Shown in pieces: positions 50,228-61,960 of a DNA stretch of 64,000 nt; position 1 is the first letter of the stretch, and the number at the start of each line of letters is the position of its first letter. Location of the stretch: positions 868,001 to 932,000 of the forward strand of contig CM102285.1 of the NCBI GenBank assembly GCA_046563655.1, read 5' to 3'. Both the position numbers and the translations under genes were made by a program. The stretch comes from Yuukianura sp. NJ FZ-2021. Its lineage: Eukaryota. The notes beneath the pieces are model-generated. The model was not told the origin of the DNA and ran no database searches. It worked only from the letters and a program-made list of their open reading frames with translations.

Positions 50228-52798
50228 ATGATCGACAGAAAGTACGTGACAATTATTGTCATTTTGTTTATCCAAAGTCACGTTTCATTTGGAATAAAAT
50301 TTGCTGAGCAATCTGTCCATGTTTACAACGACGATTGGACTCTGGTTGCTAAGATACCAGTTCAAAGAGTTTTTGACAAAAAACTTCCCACAAAAGTTCA
50401 AAAAATTGAAAACGTAAGGATTTTTTTCTGCTTTTTTCATTTTTGAAATTTGGTTGCTTTTTTTTTTGAGAGTTTTTTGGTTTGTTTTGTGAAATTTTTG
50501 CATGCGTTAGGCTGTGCTGTTTGTGCCGAGTGATGGACATGGGTGTGACTTGGAAAATTTGGGCCATCCAAAAATTAAAATGCAATTGGAGTGGGAGAAA
50601 AGTGAAAATTTTGAAAAACCTGATGGGCGAAAATTTGAAAATTTGGACTATATTTTACTTTTGAACGCTCTACATTGTGATTTACCTACGAAAATTCAAA
50701 ATGCTTATTTGGCGGGCTACACTGCCATGATTTTGCACAATACAGTTGCAAATGATAACCCGAGTTCAGTTGTTCTGGAAGCCTCGGATGTCCGTTCAAA
50801 TTCTCGCGCCATCAAAATCTATTTTGTGGGACAAAAGTATGGTAGGCTACTCGTTGACTTGTTTACTTTCCCCAAGAGGTAACAACAATCAAGTTAGTGT
50901 ATGAAAGTTAACAACAATTTCAAAATGGGTGCCAATTTTAAAATTTTCAAAATTATGAAAAACAGATTTTTCATCCGAGTTTGTGCCGATGTGGAAGACT
51001 TTTATTTGACACGATTTGCGGATGATTTAGAAGGAAATGTTCCGAAAAAAATGAAACCAAAACCGGCAGTACGACTCCCACCGCTACGCAAAGCCACGAC
51101 TTTCAAAAAAACGCGGGACACTAGTTTGTTAGGGTAAGTTCAAAATTTGCAAAATTTTCATAATTCAAAAAAAACAACAACTTTCGTTTGTTTTAGTTTG
51201 AATCTTATGTCACATGACGATTTCGAGCACTTCCTTGAAGATACATGCTACTTTCCTCGCGTTTTAGCATTTTTTGGTGCAATGATCCTTTGGATTCTTC
51301 AAAATGGAATTGTTTGGGCAGTTATTTTGACGTGTGGCTTCTTCGGTTGCGTTGTTCTCCTAAGTCTAACGAGTCCCGTTTTGGAATTTTTTGAAAAATA
51401 CGCACCGAGGGCGCGAAGAGTTTCCGTTCACGCACCTGACCATCCTAACGCAAATCCCCCACCGGCGCGTGAAAATTTCGTCGTTAACGACGCCCTGATG
51501 CAGGAAATCCTTCGTTTGTTTGAAAGAATTCAGGAATTGGAAGGCCAGCAGAACCAGCAGGCGGTTCCCGCTTTGGCTCCAGAGGTCATTGACTCATTGC
51601 TGGAATTTGAACTGAACAACGAAGGTTAAACTTAATGAAAATAAATAAACTAAATAAGTTTAAAATATTTTATTGACGTTTCATTATAATATTATTAAGT
51701 ATCGTCAGATACTTATAGGGATCGTAATGTCCGTCCGTCCGTCCGTCTGTCCGTCTGTCCGTCTGTCCGTCCGTCCGTCTGTATACTAGCCACAATATCT
51801 CTGGAACCGCTGGACCGATTTTCAATGTGTCTTCACAGATGAACTACACATGGTCCAGGGGTGGACCAGTGGTTTTCGGTTTGACCGGAAGTGGCCAACT
51901 TCCGGGTCAAAGGCCAAGGTCAAGTACATTTTCGACGAAATTTGGAAAAATGCCTTTACAAAAGTTGTTCATCTCAATAAGAGGAACAACTTTTCTGTCG
52001 GCGATGTTGACCTTTGACCTACGGTTCTAGAGATATAGACGCTGCAAGTTGCAAAATGGCGTCGCTCATGCTACGCGCGTCTATAACTTTGGAACCACTG
52101 AACCGATTTTTAACCTGTCTGCGCAGATGACCTTCACATGGTACAGGGGTGACTAATCGGTTTCTGGTTTGACCGGAAGTGGCCAAATTCCGGCCAATCC
52201 TAAAGCGGCCAATTTCAAAAGCCGCCAATTTCTAAAGCCGCCAAACCTAAAGTGGCCAATTTGAAAAGCCGCCAATTTCTAAAGCCACCAATACCTTAGC
52301 CGCCAATCCTAAAAGGGCCAATTTCAAAAGCCGCCAATTTCTAAAGCCACCAATTCCTTAGCCGCCAATCCTAAAACAGCCAATTTCAAAAGCCGCCAAT
52401 TTCTAAAGGTCAACAATATCCGGCGCGGGAACTCTCTATAATTGATCTGACGATACTTATTTACATCGTCTTTGCAAGAAGTTTATTTTATTTTATTTGA
52501 AACAGAAGCAACACTCTTGGGTATTTGCGCCATTTGTCGGGAACAATTTGCAGCTCAAGAAATGGCCATCAGACTGGAACCGTCCTGCTCTCATGTCTTC
52601 CATGCTGAGTGTATTCAGCACTGGCTCAGAGTGGTATGAACCATATAATAGTACAATACACAAGTATTAAACATATTGCTAATTATGTTATATTATAATA
52701 TAATATATAATATATTATAATATATTATTCAAATTTTGAAGGGCGGGAACTGCCCCAATTGCCGAAGACCAGTTAGAGGAAACTTGGAAATCGACTAA
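50228..52798 (+). CDS. PA-TM-RING-H2 E3 ligase (RNF13/RNF167/Godzilla-like) copy 2, intact; six exons
   Basis: Same architecture as copy 1. The RING is complete: CAICREQF...CSHVFHAECIQHWLRV|GGNCPNCRRPV. GT-AG donors. Confidence 0.85.
51696..52484 (+). mobile_element. Helentron/DINE-1-like element in a PA-RING copy 2 intron, with an internal AAAGCCGCCAA array
   Basis: Homologous to 36167-36787 in the opposite orientation; (CCGT/CTGT)n. Inserted in a T-rich site and absent from the copy-1 intron. A ~15-bp-period array spans 52200-52405. Confidence 0.8.
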
Positions 52799-53918
52799 AA
52801 ATTTTCAACCGAAAGGCTGCTCGATCCTGTGTTACCACAAATATATAATTATCGCAGATAATTTTCTTTTGGTTTATGCTTTTGGATATAATATTATATA
52901 ATATAAAACTAATATTCTAATATTTATTTTAACAAAGTGCAGTAAAACCTCTCATCACGCAATACTATTTTCTGGCTCATTTTAGAGCCAGAAAGCCGGA
53001 AAACTCAAATTTGTTGCGAGATTTTGAATTTTATTAAGTTGAAAGACTTTCCGAAAATTAAATTTGTGATTTATGTTTTACTTTGGTGCACTTAGAAACT
53101 TTACGGTAACAACGCACGATTTTTTTGTGGAGCAATGAGGGGTTTTAATGTAACTCAAACATTGTATTTACTGATACGCAACGACTAACTACAAGTGTGA
53201 GTTAAATTATACCACTGACGACAATCACAGCATGTCTGAACCTTCAAACTTTCTTGAGTCACTCAAGGGCACAGGAAAATTAAATCTTCACTTTAAATAC
53301 ACATCAAATTGTTTAAAAACTATTATTTAAAATAATTCGGAAATTTTTTGAACTTTCGCGCCGGTTATTTAACGCTGGTTTCTTTCAAGTAAACAAAAAA
53401 CTTCGTAGAAATTGTATAAATACGAAGCTAAAAAACTGTCTGTTTGTAGATTTAGTTTTAAATGGAATAAAATGGTCAGGCGCGGATTTCTTTGAATTTA
53501 AATGATCAATTTAATACCATAGTTTATCACTAGTTTATCACTTTTTACTCTTACTCTTGTAATATAATATGATTAAATATATTCTAATACTTGTTTTGTC
53601 GAACTCAAATATAGTTGATCCGTAATTATCAATTAAGAGTGCATATTAAAATATACGACAATCAAAGCATGCTGAAGAATCTCCGCACTATCTTGAGTCA
53701 CGCAAGCACAGGGAACATTACATTTTCAATTTAGATGCATATCAAATTGCATTAAAAACTGCAATAAAAAATAATTTGCATTTGTTTTTGAAAAGTTAGG
53801 GTGCGTTTACTTCCCACAAGATTCTTTCAAACAAACAAAAAACGCAGTACTACTAGAAACTGTATAAATACGAAGCTCAGTAAACTTTCTTTTCACAAAT
53901 TTAGTTTTCAGCAGAAAA

Positions 53919-55325
53919 ATGCTCAGCAGCGGATTTTTCGGAATTCAAATTTCCCTCATTTTTTTTTCGCTACTCATTTTAGAAAATTGTGCAACTTTGA
54001 AAAAGTATGATGCTGCCAAAAAAGTTGTGAAATTTCTGGAAACTGTTCCAGCCATAACAGACGATCCATTCACTGAAGTGTTTCGGTTGATAGACAAAGT
54101 GTTTGATAAAATAGGCATAAGTCAAGCATTCAACGGGAATGCTGAAACGACTCAAGCCAAAGTGAGCAGTCCAGTGCGCGTGACGAGACCACCAATTGAG
54201 TCTGCCGTTTACTACTTCAACTACGCAATGGCAGCTACATGTGAAAGTAGTTTGGAGAAATGGGAATGCTACTACTGCAAAGTACTCGGAACTCACATTC
54301 GATTGATTACACTCTATGTCAATCCATACCACCACCACAAATGGTTTATAACTGTGGATGACAAACGAAAGGAAATTGTATTGACCTTTCGACCTGGGAT
54401 GAACCTCGGAACATATTTGACAGTCGGGATGAGCATTTTGACCAAATTTGAAGAATCGCCTGACATCATGATTCACACGGGATTTTTAAAAGCAATTTCA
54501 GCCGATTATGACAAAATTGTGGCTGTTCTGAAGCGCTTAACAGAGTGGCATCCAAAGTACAAGTTGATTCTAACAGGTAAAACTTAATGCTTAATCTTTT
54601 AAACTTTTCTCACTTTTGTTAAATTGTTGGCGAATTTTGCACAATTTATGTTATTTTGTTATTCACGTGACCTTGACCTTGACCTTGTTTTTCTGTTAGG
54701 TTATAGCTACGGCGCTAATATGTCTTCACTCATGACTTTTTTGCTGAAATATCGAAATACTTTGCCGAACACTGCAATTGAACTCTTCACTTACGCAGGG
54801 TTGCGTAGCGGAAACAAAGCTTATGCCGATTTTATGAACAACTTGACAATTCCAGTTGCACGCGTAGTTCAAACAGACGATGTCGCTGTAAGATTTCCTC
54901 CAGCAGCTCTAGGCTACTACCATCACCACAATGAACTTTTTATTTTGGATGACGGCGGTGGGAATCGAACTGTTCGCTACTGCTCAACAGAGTTCTACGA
55001 GGCTCCTGAGTGTGCGCAGTCACGTGGTTCTGGTTTTCTCACCGTTCAGCCAAGCAAACTATTCATTGATCATGTGTCGTACTTTGGGATTGAACCCAGC
55101 AAATGTGTACTGAATGCTCCAATTGAATTTTTTCTACAAATACTTTGGCCACTGCACAGCCTCTTTCCGGTTGACCTGCGGGACCAAATTCCAAAATTTT
55201 CTTTTGACTCAAACATTGCTAAAGACTGGCGCTACTTTGTTAATGCTGGAATTCGGAATTTGTACAAAGTTGCAAGCAAATCATCAACGTACTACAAGGC
55301 TAATCGATGGAAAACTACGGTATAG
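53919..55325 (+). CDS. Class-3 lipase copy 2; exons 53919-54576, 54700-55325
   Basis: Paralogue; elbow G-Y-S-Y-G, DHVSYFG. Confidence 0.9.
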
Positions 55326-56625
55326 CGAGAACAAATAATTTTTTTTTGAATTTCTTTTGCTATTAATTTAATATTACTTTACAGAACCCAAAGTTTCATT
55401 TGACGTTCAATAAATATAGTATTGTTGTATAACTAAATATATAATTCACTCTTTGGGTCCTTAATTAGTTAACTTACGTTATTTAACAAGTTCAGCAAGC
55501 ATGAAAGTTCTCTTGTTTAGTGTTTGTAACTTATTGTCCAGCATTTGGTTTGCGATGTCCTGCATTTGCACTTGATTCATCAATTTTGTGTGAAAACTAA
55601 AAGAAAAATGTGTTTTAGAAAAAGCGGTTTTTTCATAAGCGTCGCAATGGAAGCGGAAAGACGACTAAAACAAAAGCATCTTCAAGAAGAAGACAATTTA
55701 CTGCAAAAAAAAATACGTGTAAGGTGGATAAACAAAGAAATACTTTTTCCTTAACAGGTTAAGCAATAACTCGAGTTTTAAGTTTTTTGCAAAAAAAGAA
55801 TTCAATATGAATTCACCCAGTTTCTATCGCGGTTGAATTGGACAACGGCATTATAAAATTCAGTGAGCTGGCTTTTGAATTCGCAAATTCAAGGTAGAAA
55901 AGGATCAAAATGTAGAAAAAAGATATAAAAAATTGTGTGGGGCGAGATATTTCGAAAACAGGACTGACTGCCAAACCTCTTAAAGCAAACGTATTTCGTT
56001 GCTATAGAAACCTTCGTGAATACTGTTAAAAGCTAGAAGAACTTATTCAAGAGGAATTTTTATTTACTTGGGTACTTAATTTTGCATTTGTTTAAACATA
56101 ATTCAGGATGTTGAAAAATTCCAACGCTTTGATGGATTGGAATTGAATATATTTTTAATCACCTCCCGAGTACAAGTCCAATTACCTGGTCAGTGAAATC
56201 ATATTTTCAAGCTATAGTATTAATTCAAAATCTGTTGATTATTTTCAAATTAACTTTCAACTTTTCCGTTTTACTCTTACAGTATAATAATTTTAAACAT
56301 GTCCTAAGATTTATTTTAATATTGTGTAATTAAATATAAGTAATGTGGAATTATTAATTAAAAGTGGGTGGTAAATTATATGACTATCAAAGCACTAATC
56401 AAAGCACGACTGAAACGTCGACTGAATCTTTGAACTATATTTTCACTCCAGCGCAGGAAAAATTACAATTTCACTTTAAATACACATTAAAGCGTTTCAA
56501 AACTATAATTTAAAATAATTTCAAATTTTGTTTTTTGAACAACACTACACAAAAAATGAAGAAATTGTATAAATAGGAAAGCTCAAAAACTTTCTGTGTG
56601 CAGATTTAGTTTTAAAACTAGCAAA

Positions 56626-58566
56626 ATGCTCAGGCGCGTATTTTTTGGAATTCAAATTTCACTTATTTTTTTCTCTCTGCTCATTTCAGAAAATTGTGCA
56701 ACTTTGAACAAGTACGACGCTGCCAAGAACGTTGTGAAATTTCTGGAAACTGTTCCCGCCATAACAGACGACCCATTCACCGAAGTGTATCGTTTAATAG
56801 ACAAAGTGTTTGATAAAATAGGCATAAGTCAAGCACTCAACGGGAATGCTGAAACAACTCAAGCGAAAGTGAGGAGTCCAGTGCGCGTGACGAGACCTCC
56901 AATTGAGTCTGCCGTTTACTACTTCAACTACGCAATTGCATCTACATGTGAAAGTAGTTTGGAGAAATGGAACTGCTACTACTGCAAAATACTCGGAACA
57001 CACATTCGACTGATTACACTTTATGTCAATCCATACCACCAAACCAAGTGGTTTGTAACTGTGGATGACAAAAGACAAGAAATTGTGTTGACCTTTGGAC
57101 CTTCGTTGAACCTCGCAACAGCTTTTACCGCCGCGATGGCCATTTTGACCAAATTTGAAGAATCGCCTGACATCATGGTTTCTTCGGGATTTTTAAAAGC
57201 AATTTCAGCCGATTACGACAAAATTGTGGCTGTTCTGAAGCGCGTAACAGAGTGGCGTCCAAGGTACAAGTTGATCCTAACAGGTATAACTTGATGTCAA
57301 TCTTTTAAACTTGTCTCACTTTTGTTAAATTGATTGTGCAAAGGGTAGGGCAGCTTTATTTAGCCAATTTGGAATCTTAAATTACATAAGTTAAGCACTA
57401 ACGTTAAGTTAATTTCGGGACAAGCACCAAAATGAAGCCCTTGAATTTTTGTATGAATTCCACATCTTAGGTTAAGCGCTGCTAAAATTGAAGTGACCTT
57501 TAGCGTAGTCACCTGGCGTAAGCCCCTGGTTTAAAGTTTCCACTCCCTTTAAAATCCTATAGGAATTTAACCCACTTAATCTCAAACTTTTTTTTTCTCT
57601 CACTGATTTTTGGAAAAGGATATTAACGCTTCAATACTGGTTTGTTCAGTCCGATTTTTCATTTTTCATTGAACTTGATTATATTGGAGATTGTTTGATA
57701 CCAAACACGGTAACCTTTGACCTCCAATCGTTACCGAAAAAATTATGAAACCTAGTTATGAAATTCGCGGCAAAGTATCTTAGTAGTGTGTAGAGCACTA
57801 GGATGAGTTCAGATTTCTAAACCATTAAACCAATTCGGAGTAATTCAAACCCGCGTTTGGCTAAATAAAGCTGCCCTACCCTCTGTAAATTGTAGCGCCA
57901 TTTACGTTATTTCGTTATTCAAGTAACCTTGACCTTGACTCAGGTTTGAGCTACGGCGCCACTATGTCTTCACTCATGACTTTTTTGCTGAAGTATCGAA
58001 ATACTCTGCCAGTAACCGAAATTGAACTTTTCACTTACGGAGGTGGGCGTTGCGGCAACAAAGCTTTTGCCGATTTTATGAACAACTTGACAATTCCAGT
58101 TGCACGCGTTGTTCAAACAGATGATCTCGTTGCTAGAGTTCCTCCAGCATCTCTAGGCTACTACCATCACCACAACGAACTTTTTATTTTGGATGACGGC
58201 GGTGGGAATCGAACTGTTCGCTACTGCTCAACAGAGTTCTACGAGGCTCCTGAGTGTGCACAGTCTCGTGGTTCTAGTTTACTCACCGTTCAGCCAACCA
58301 AACTATTCATTGATCATGTGTCGTACTTTGGGATTGAACCAAGCAAATGTGTCCTGGAAGCTCCACTTGAATTGTTTCTACAAACATTTTGGCCACTGCG
58401 CAGTCTCATTCCGGTAGACCTGTTGGACCAAATTCCAAAATTTTCATTCGATTCAAACATTGTGGAAGACTGGCGCTACTTTGTTAATGCTGGAATTCGA
58501 AATTTGTACAAAGTTGCTAGCAAATCATCAACTTACTCCAAGTCTAATGGATGGAAACCTCAGTAA
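56626..58566 (+). CDS. Class-3 lipase copy 3; exons 56626-57283, 57944-58566
   Basis: Paralogue; elbow G-L-S-Y-G. The intron is enlarged by a MITE. Confidence 0.9.
57339..57885. mobile_element. MITE in the lipase 3 intron
   Basis: 26-bp perfect inverted AGGGTAGGGCAGCTTTATTTAGCCAA. Absent from paralogous introns. The right end CTG is followed by TA. Confidence 0.85.
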
Positions 58567-58740
58567 AACGAGAACAAAGAAATTTGAGCGGCTAATACTT
58601 ATCAAGTAGTGAGAGCTACTTTATGTCTGTCTGTCTATCTGTGTCTGGCCTGTCGTAAGCGGCAAGTATTTCCAAAACGGCTCAACATTTCCATGATTTG
58701 CTTTCAATAATCAAAACTGGGCGACTTGCAAGTGCAAGAC

Positions 58741-59172
58741 GTAGCAGGTCATGAGAGCTAAACCAAAAAGAGCCACTCCAACAAGGATTACTCAATAAGA
58801 GCTAAAATATAAAAACTACTCCAAAACAAGCTAATTCGATGAGGGCTACGTTAGATATAATAAATTCACTTATCTTCCCGCGCCGAAGCCGCGACGTTAG
58901 CTCATTTAATTGACATTAGCGACTAGTGCTTTCAATACCAAACGTTTACTGTATCTTTGATGCCTTTATGCAAATTACAAAGCTGTCTTATTGATTTTAA
59001 CGTAACCGGTTAGGTTTAAAACTCGGGAAGACATCAACCTTAAATTAAATTAGCCGTTATTGAAAATGGCCCGTATTGAATTATTGCTTTTTGGAGCAAT
59101 GCATACTTTTTAAGCTGTTATAAGTAGCTCTTATTGGAGTAGCTCGTTTTGGTTTAGCCCGTATATCCTGGA
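58741..59172. mobile_element. Foldback-like element with subterminal GAGCTAC/TCCAA repeats
   Basis: CAGG...GCTAAACCAAAAAGAGCCACTCCAA at the left and the inverted TTGGAGTAGCTCGTTTTGGTTTAGC...CCTG at the right. Internal GGTTAGGTT. Confidence 0.6.
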
Positions 59173-59354
59173 AAAGTTCTAATTCTACACCTAGAGCAAG
59201 TTTTAGCCTCCACAACTAACTGATTTTGAGGTTCTACACAAAGTCAGTTCTCATATAAAACTGTAAATAAAAGAGAAGTTAGAGTAACAAAGATTTTAAA
59301 ATGGTACATTTTTTTATACTTAGTTTTGGCGCCAATTACACAAAATTCAAATCC

Positions 59355-60798
59355 TCAATTTTTGTTTAATTTGGCGGAAAATACCAAATTAAAACTGATC
59401 ATTGCATCTGCCATTGCATTGCCACCACGACGGCAAATGCAATTCGATCCACGTAAATGGTTGCCCTTTTGCAGCACAATAGTATGATCCTTTTTTTCCT
59501 TTTGTTTTGCAAAATGCATCGCATTTTGATACATCGCATTTACAAAAGCACTTGACTGCATTCTTATTTGAATCTTTTTGATGTCTACACAGGATTTCAC
59601 CAAAGAAATTTGCATAATCTTTGTAGGCTTGTATAACCGTGCAATAGCGTCCATCTTGTTCATCACATTTTTGGGCAGGGTATGAACATACACATAGGTT
59701 TCCATAAGTTGCATCCGTTGTGCAACGACCTGTTGCATTTTTGTATGGAGAATTCGTAGCACAATTGCTGTTTCATTTGTCCTTGTCGCAAGTGCAACCG
59801 CAGATGCCGTTTTGTACAAGGCATGTGGGGTCGTCTCCATGGCTTTTGCATTCCAGCGGATCTCCTTGGAAACCAAAAAATAATGTTTGGATTGCAGTAG
59901 ATTGCTTAAGGTATAGATTAGGTTGAACTTGCGCTAGTTTTTTAGGAAATGGAAGTTCGCTAACCTTGACCACAACGTGTCTTCGCGGTAGAACATTTAG
60001 GTCCTTTGCAAGCACAGTAAGATGGAAGATTTCCCATATTTACGAATTTGTTTGGATCGTCGTCTAAATTTGCAAGCTGGTGACAATCGAGGAATTTCAA
60101 GCCTTCTTTGTCGCACTTCGCCTCGCAACCATCGCAAGAGGACACTCTATAATACAGAAAATTCTTTTACATAGTTAGATATGGTTAGATAGATTATAAA
60201 ATGTATCTAATTTTTGTATAAAATTTCTTATATATAAGAGATTTTCTATACTATAGAGTGTCTTCTTGAGACACTCTATAGTATAGAGACGGAGATATGG
60301 ACAGATACAGATAGAGGTAGTATAGTATTTATATATACCATATACTATACTATCTCTATCTGTATCTATCTATATCTATATCTACCTATTTATATCTATA
60401 TCTATCTATCTATATATATACAATATACAGGGTGTGCCAGCAGAAAGTAAACACTGGAAAAACAATCTGTTTGGTTATATGAGTAAATATGAGGTGGAAA
60501 TCGTAGCAAATGTTAGAAAAATTAACAATCGTTGTCATAAAAACTTCACCAAATTTAATTCTCTTTTTTCTATACATGTTTTCCCCTCCATGGTTCTAGT
60601 TTTTCCTTAAGTTGCTCGCAGCAACAAATTCTAGGCGTTTACTTTCTAGTGGCACACCCAATATCTAATGTAAAAACGTTATGAATGTATTACAAAATTT
60701 TAGAATTGTTGTAAATTATAAAATTACTTGTAAGTATACGTATCTCCTTTTAACATTTTTAGCCAAAGGTGCATCAGAACGAACAATAGTAACTTCAT
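59355..60798 (-). pseudogene. Secreted Cys-rich multi-domain defensin-like (CS-alpha-beta-like) gene with an in-frame TGA (59775-59773) and a probable late frameshift; exons 60798-60728, 60146-59965, 59864-~59355
   Basis: Signal-like MKLLLFVLMHLWLKMLKG splices in frame to VSSCDGCEAKC...YCACKGPKC..., then G|DPLEC...ICGCTCDKDK*NSNC...GRC...LCVC...CFCKCDVSKCDAFC...YYC. The frame stays open and Cys-patterned for more than 120 codons after the TGA. Confidence 0.65.
60428..60661. mobile_element. Mariner-type MITE in intron 1 of the Cys-rich gene
   Basis: TA-CAGGGTGTGCCAGCAGAAAGTAAAC and the imperfect inverted GTTTACTTTCTAGTGGCACACCC. Confidence 0.7.
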
Positions 60799-60943
60799 GG
60801 TGCTGTTGTGTTCCTCAAAAACAAACTGAAAAATAAAGTCAAAATGAAAATGCTTAACCATGAGGACCTCTGTAGCAAAACGATTCTTTCCAGAAAGAAA
60901 CGTAAATAATAAAAAATTTAAAAGTTGATTAAAATAAGTTATA

Positions 60944-61157
60944 CAGTGAGTGCCACGAAAACCTGCACACCTCAAAAGCAGCTTTTTGTTTATTTTGCTA
61001 AATTGTGGGGGGAAAAAGGTTTCATGAAAACAGCTGAAATGATTGTTTTGCAACAGAATCAAGTTTTTAAGCTCAAAAGTTACGTTTTCGCCTCCATGAT
61101 TTTAGTTGTTGCCAGGGAAACAAATTTGGGGTGTGCAGGTTTTCGTGGCACTCACTG
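60944..61157. mobile_element. Young Tc1/mariner-type MITE (214 bp)
   Basis: Perfect 28-bp TIR CAGTGAGTGCCACGAAAACCTGCACACC, with TA on both sides (60942-60943 and 61158-61159). Confidence 0.92.
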
Positions 61158-61960
61158 TATAAAAAATTCATCAGTTTGACGTATATTACATATGGAGTTG
61201 AGAATTGCTTTATCACGGTAATGAGCAACTTATCCTTGCTGAAAATTAAGTTTAAACTAAACTGCTTTGTAACCGTTGACTTTTGGTGATATGGAACATG
61301 GAAGTGTAAAAAATAGAAAAACAACTTTGTTCCAATTTCAGTTCACAATCCTTCGACACAAGAAAAATTTTAGCAAGGCAAATACAATGGCGGTTTATTA
61401 AATCTATTTTGATGTAGAGGAGTGATTGCCCTATTAAAAGTCTTCGATTCATCCTAAATTTATAGCTTTTGCAAAAACAAAAAACTTTGGTTTCTACCGT
61501 TGTAGGCCAGGATTTAGGTATTACATACTATAATTGAGTATACGATGCAAATGTAATTGATATGCAATCACTAATTAAAAGTGCGTGTTAAAAGTGAAAA
61601 TGCAATTTTCCGTAAGCATGAGTGAATCAAGAAAGTTTGCAGGTTCTGTCGGATCTTCAGTCATGCTTTGATTGTCGTGTGATACGACTGACGACAATCA
61701 AAGCGTGACTGAAGAACCGACATAACCTTTAAACTTTCTTGAGTCACTTAAGCACAGAAAAAAAACTAAATTTTCATTTTAAAATTACATCAGATTGTTT
61801 CAAACACAATTATATTAAACGATTTGGAAATCTTTGAGCATTCGCGTCAATTATTTGATACACATTTCTTTCAGACAAGAAAAAAAACATTATAGAAATT
61901 GTATAAATACCAACATCAAAAAACTTTTCGTCTGCTGATTTAGTTTTAAAAGCACTTAAA

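Noticed and set aside
47651-54476. Conserved 165-aa antisense ORFs over lipases 1 and 2 (and similar ones over the IR and F-box genes)
   Set aside because: Explained by recent duplication of the sense gene; no independent coding signal.
59215-59260. SECIS element for the TGA at 59773
   Set aside because: An ATGA plus a stem is present, but the 3' GA of the non-Watson-Crick quartet is missing; not callable by eye.
59355-59876. 173-aa ORF listed on the minus strand
   Set aside because: Mostly an off-frame shadow of the Cys-rich gene; only its last ~35 codons (NCIC) may be the true frame after a frameshift.
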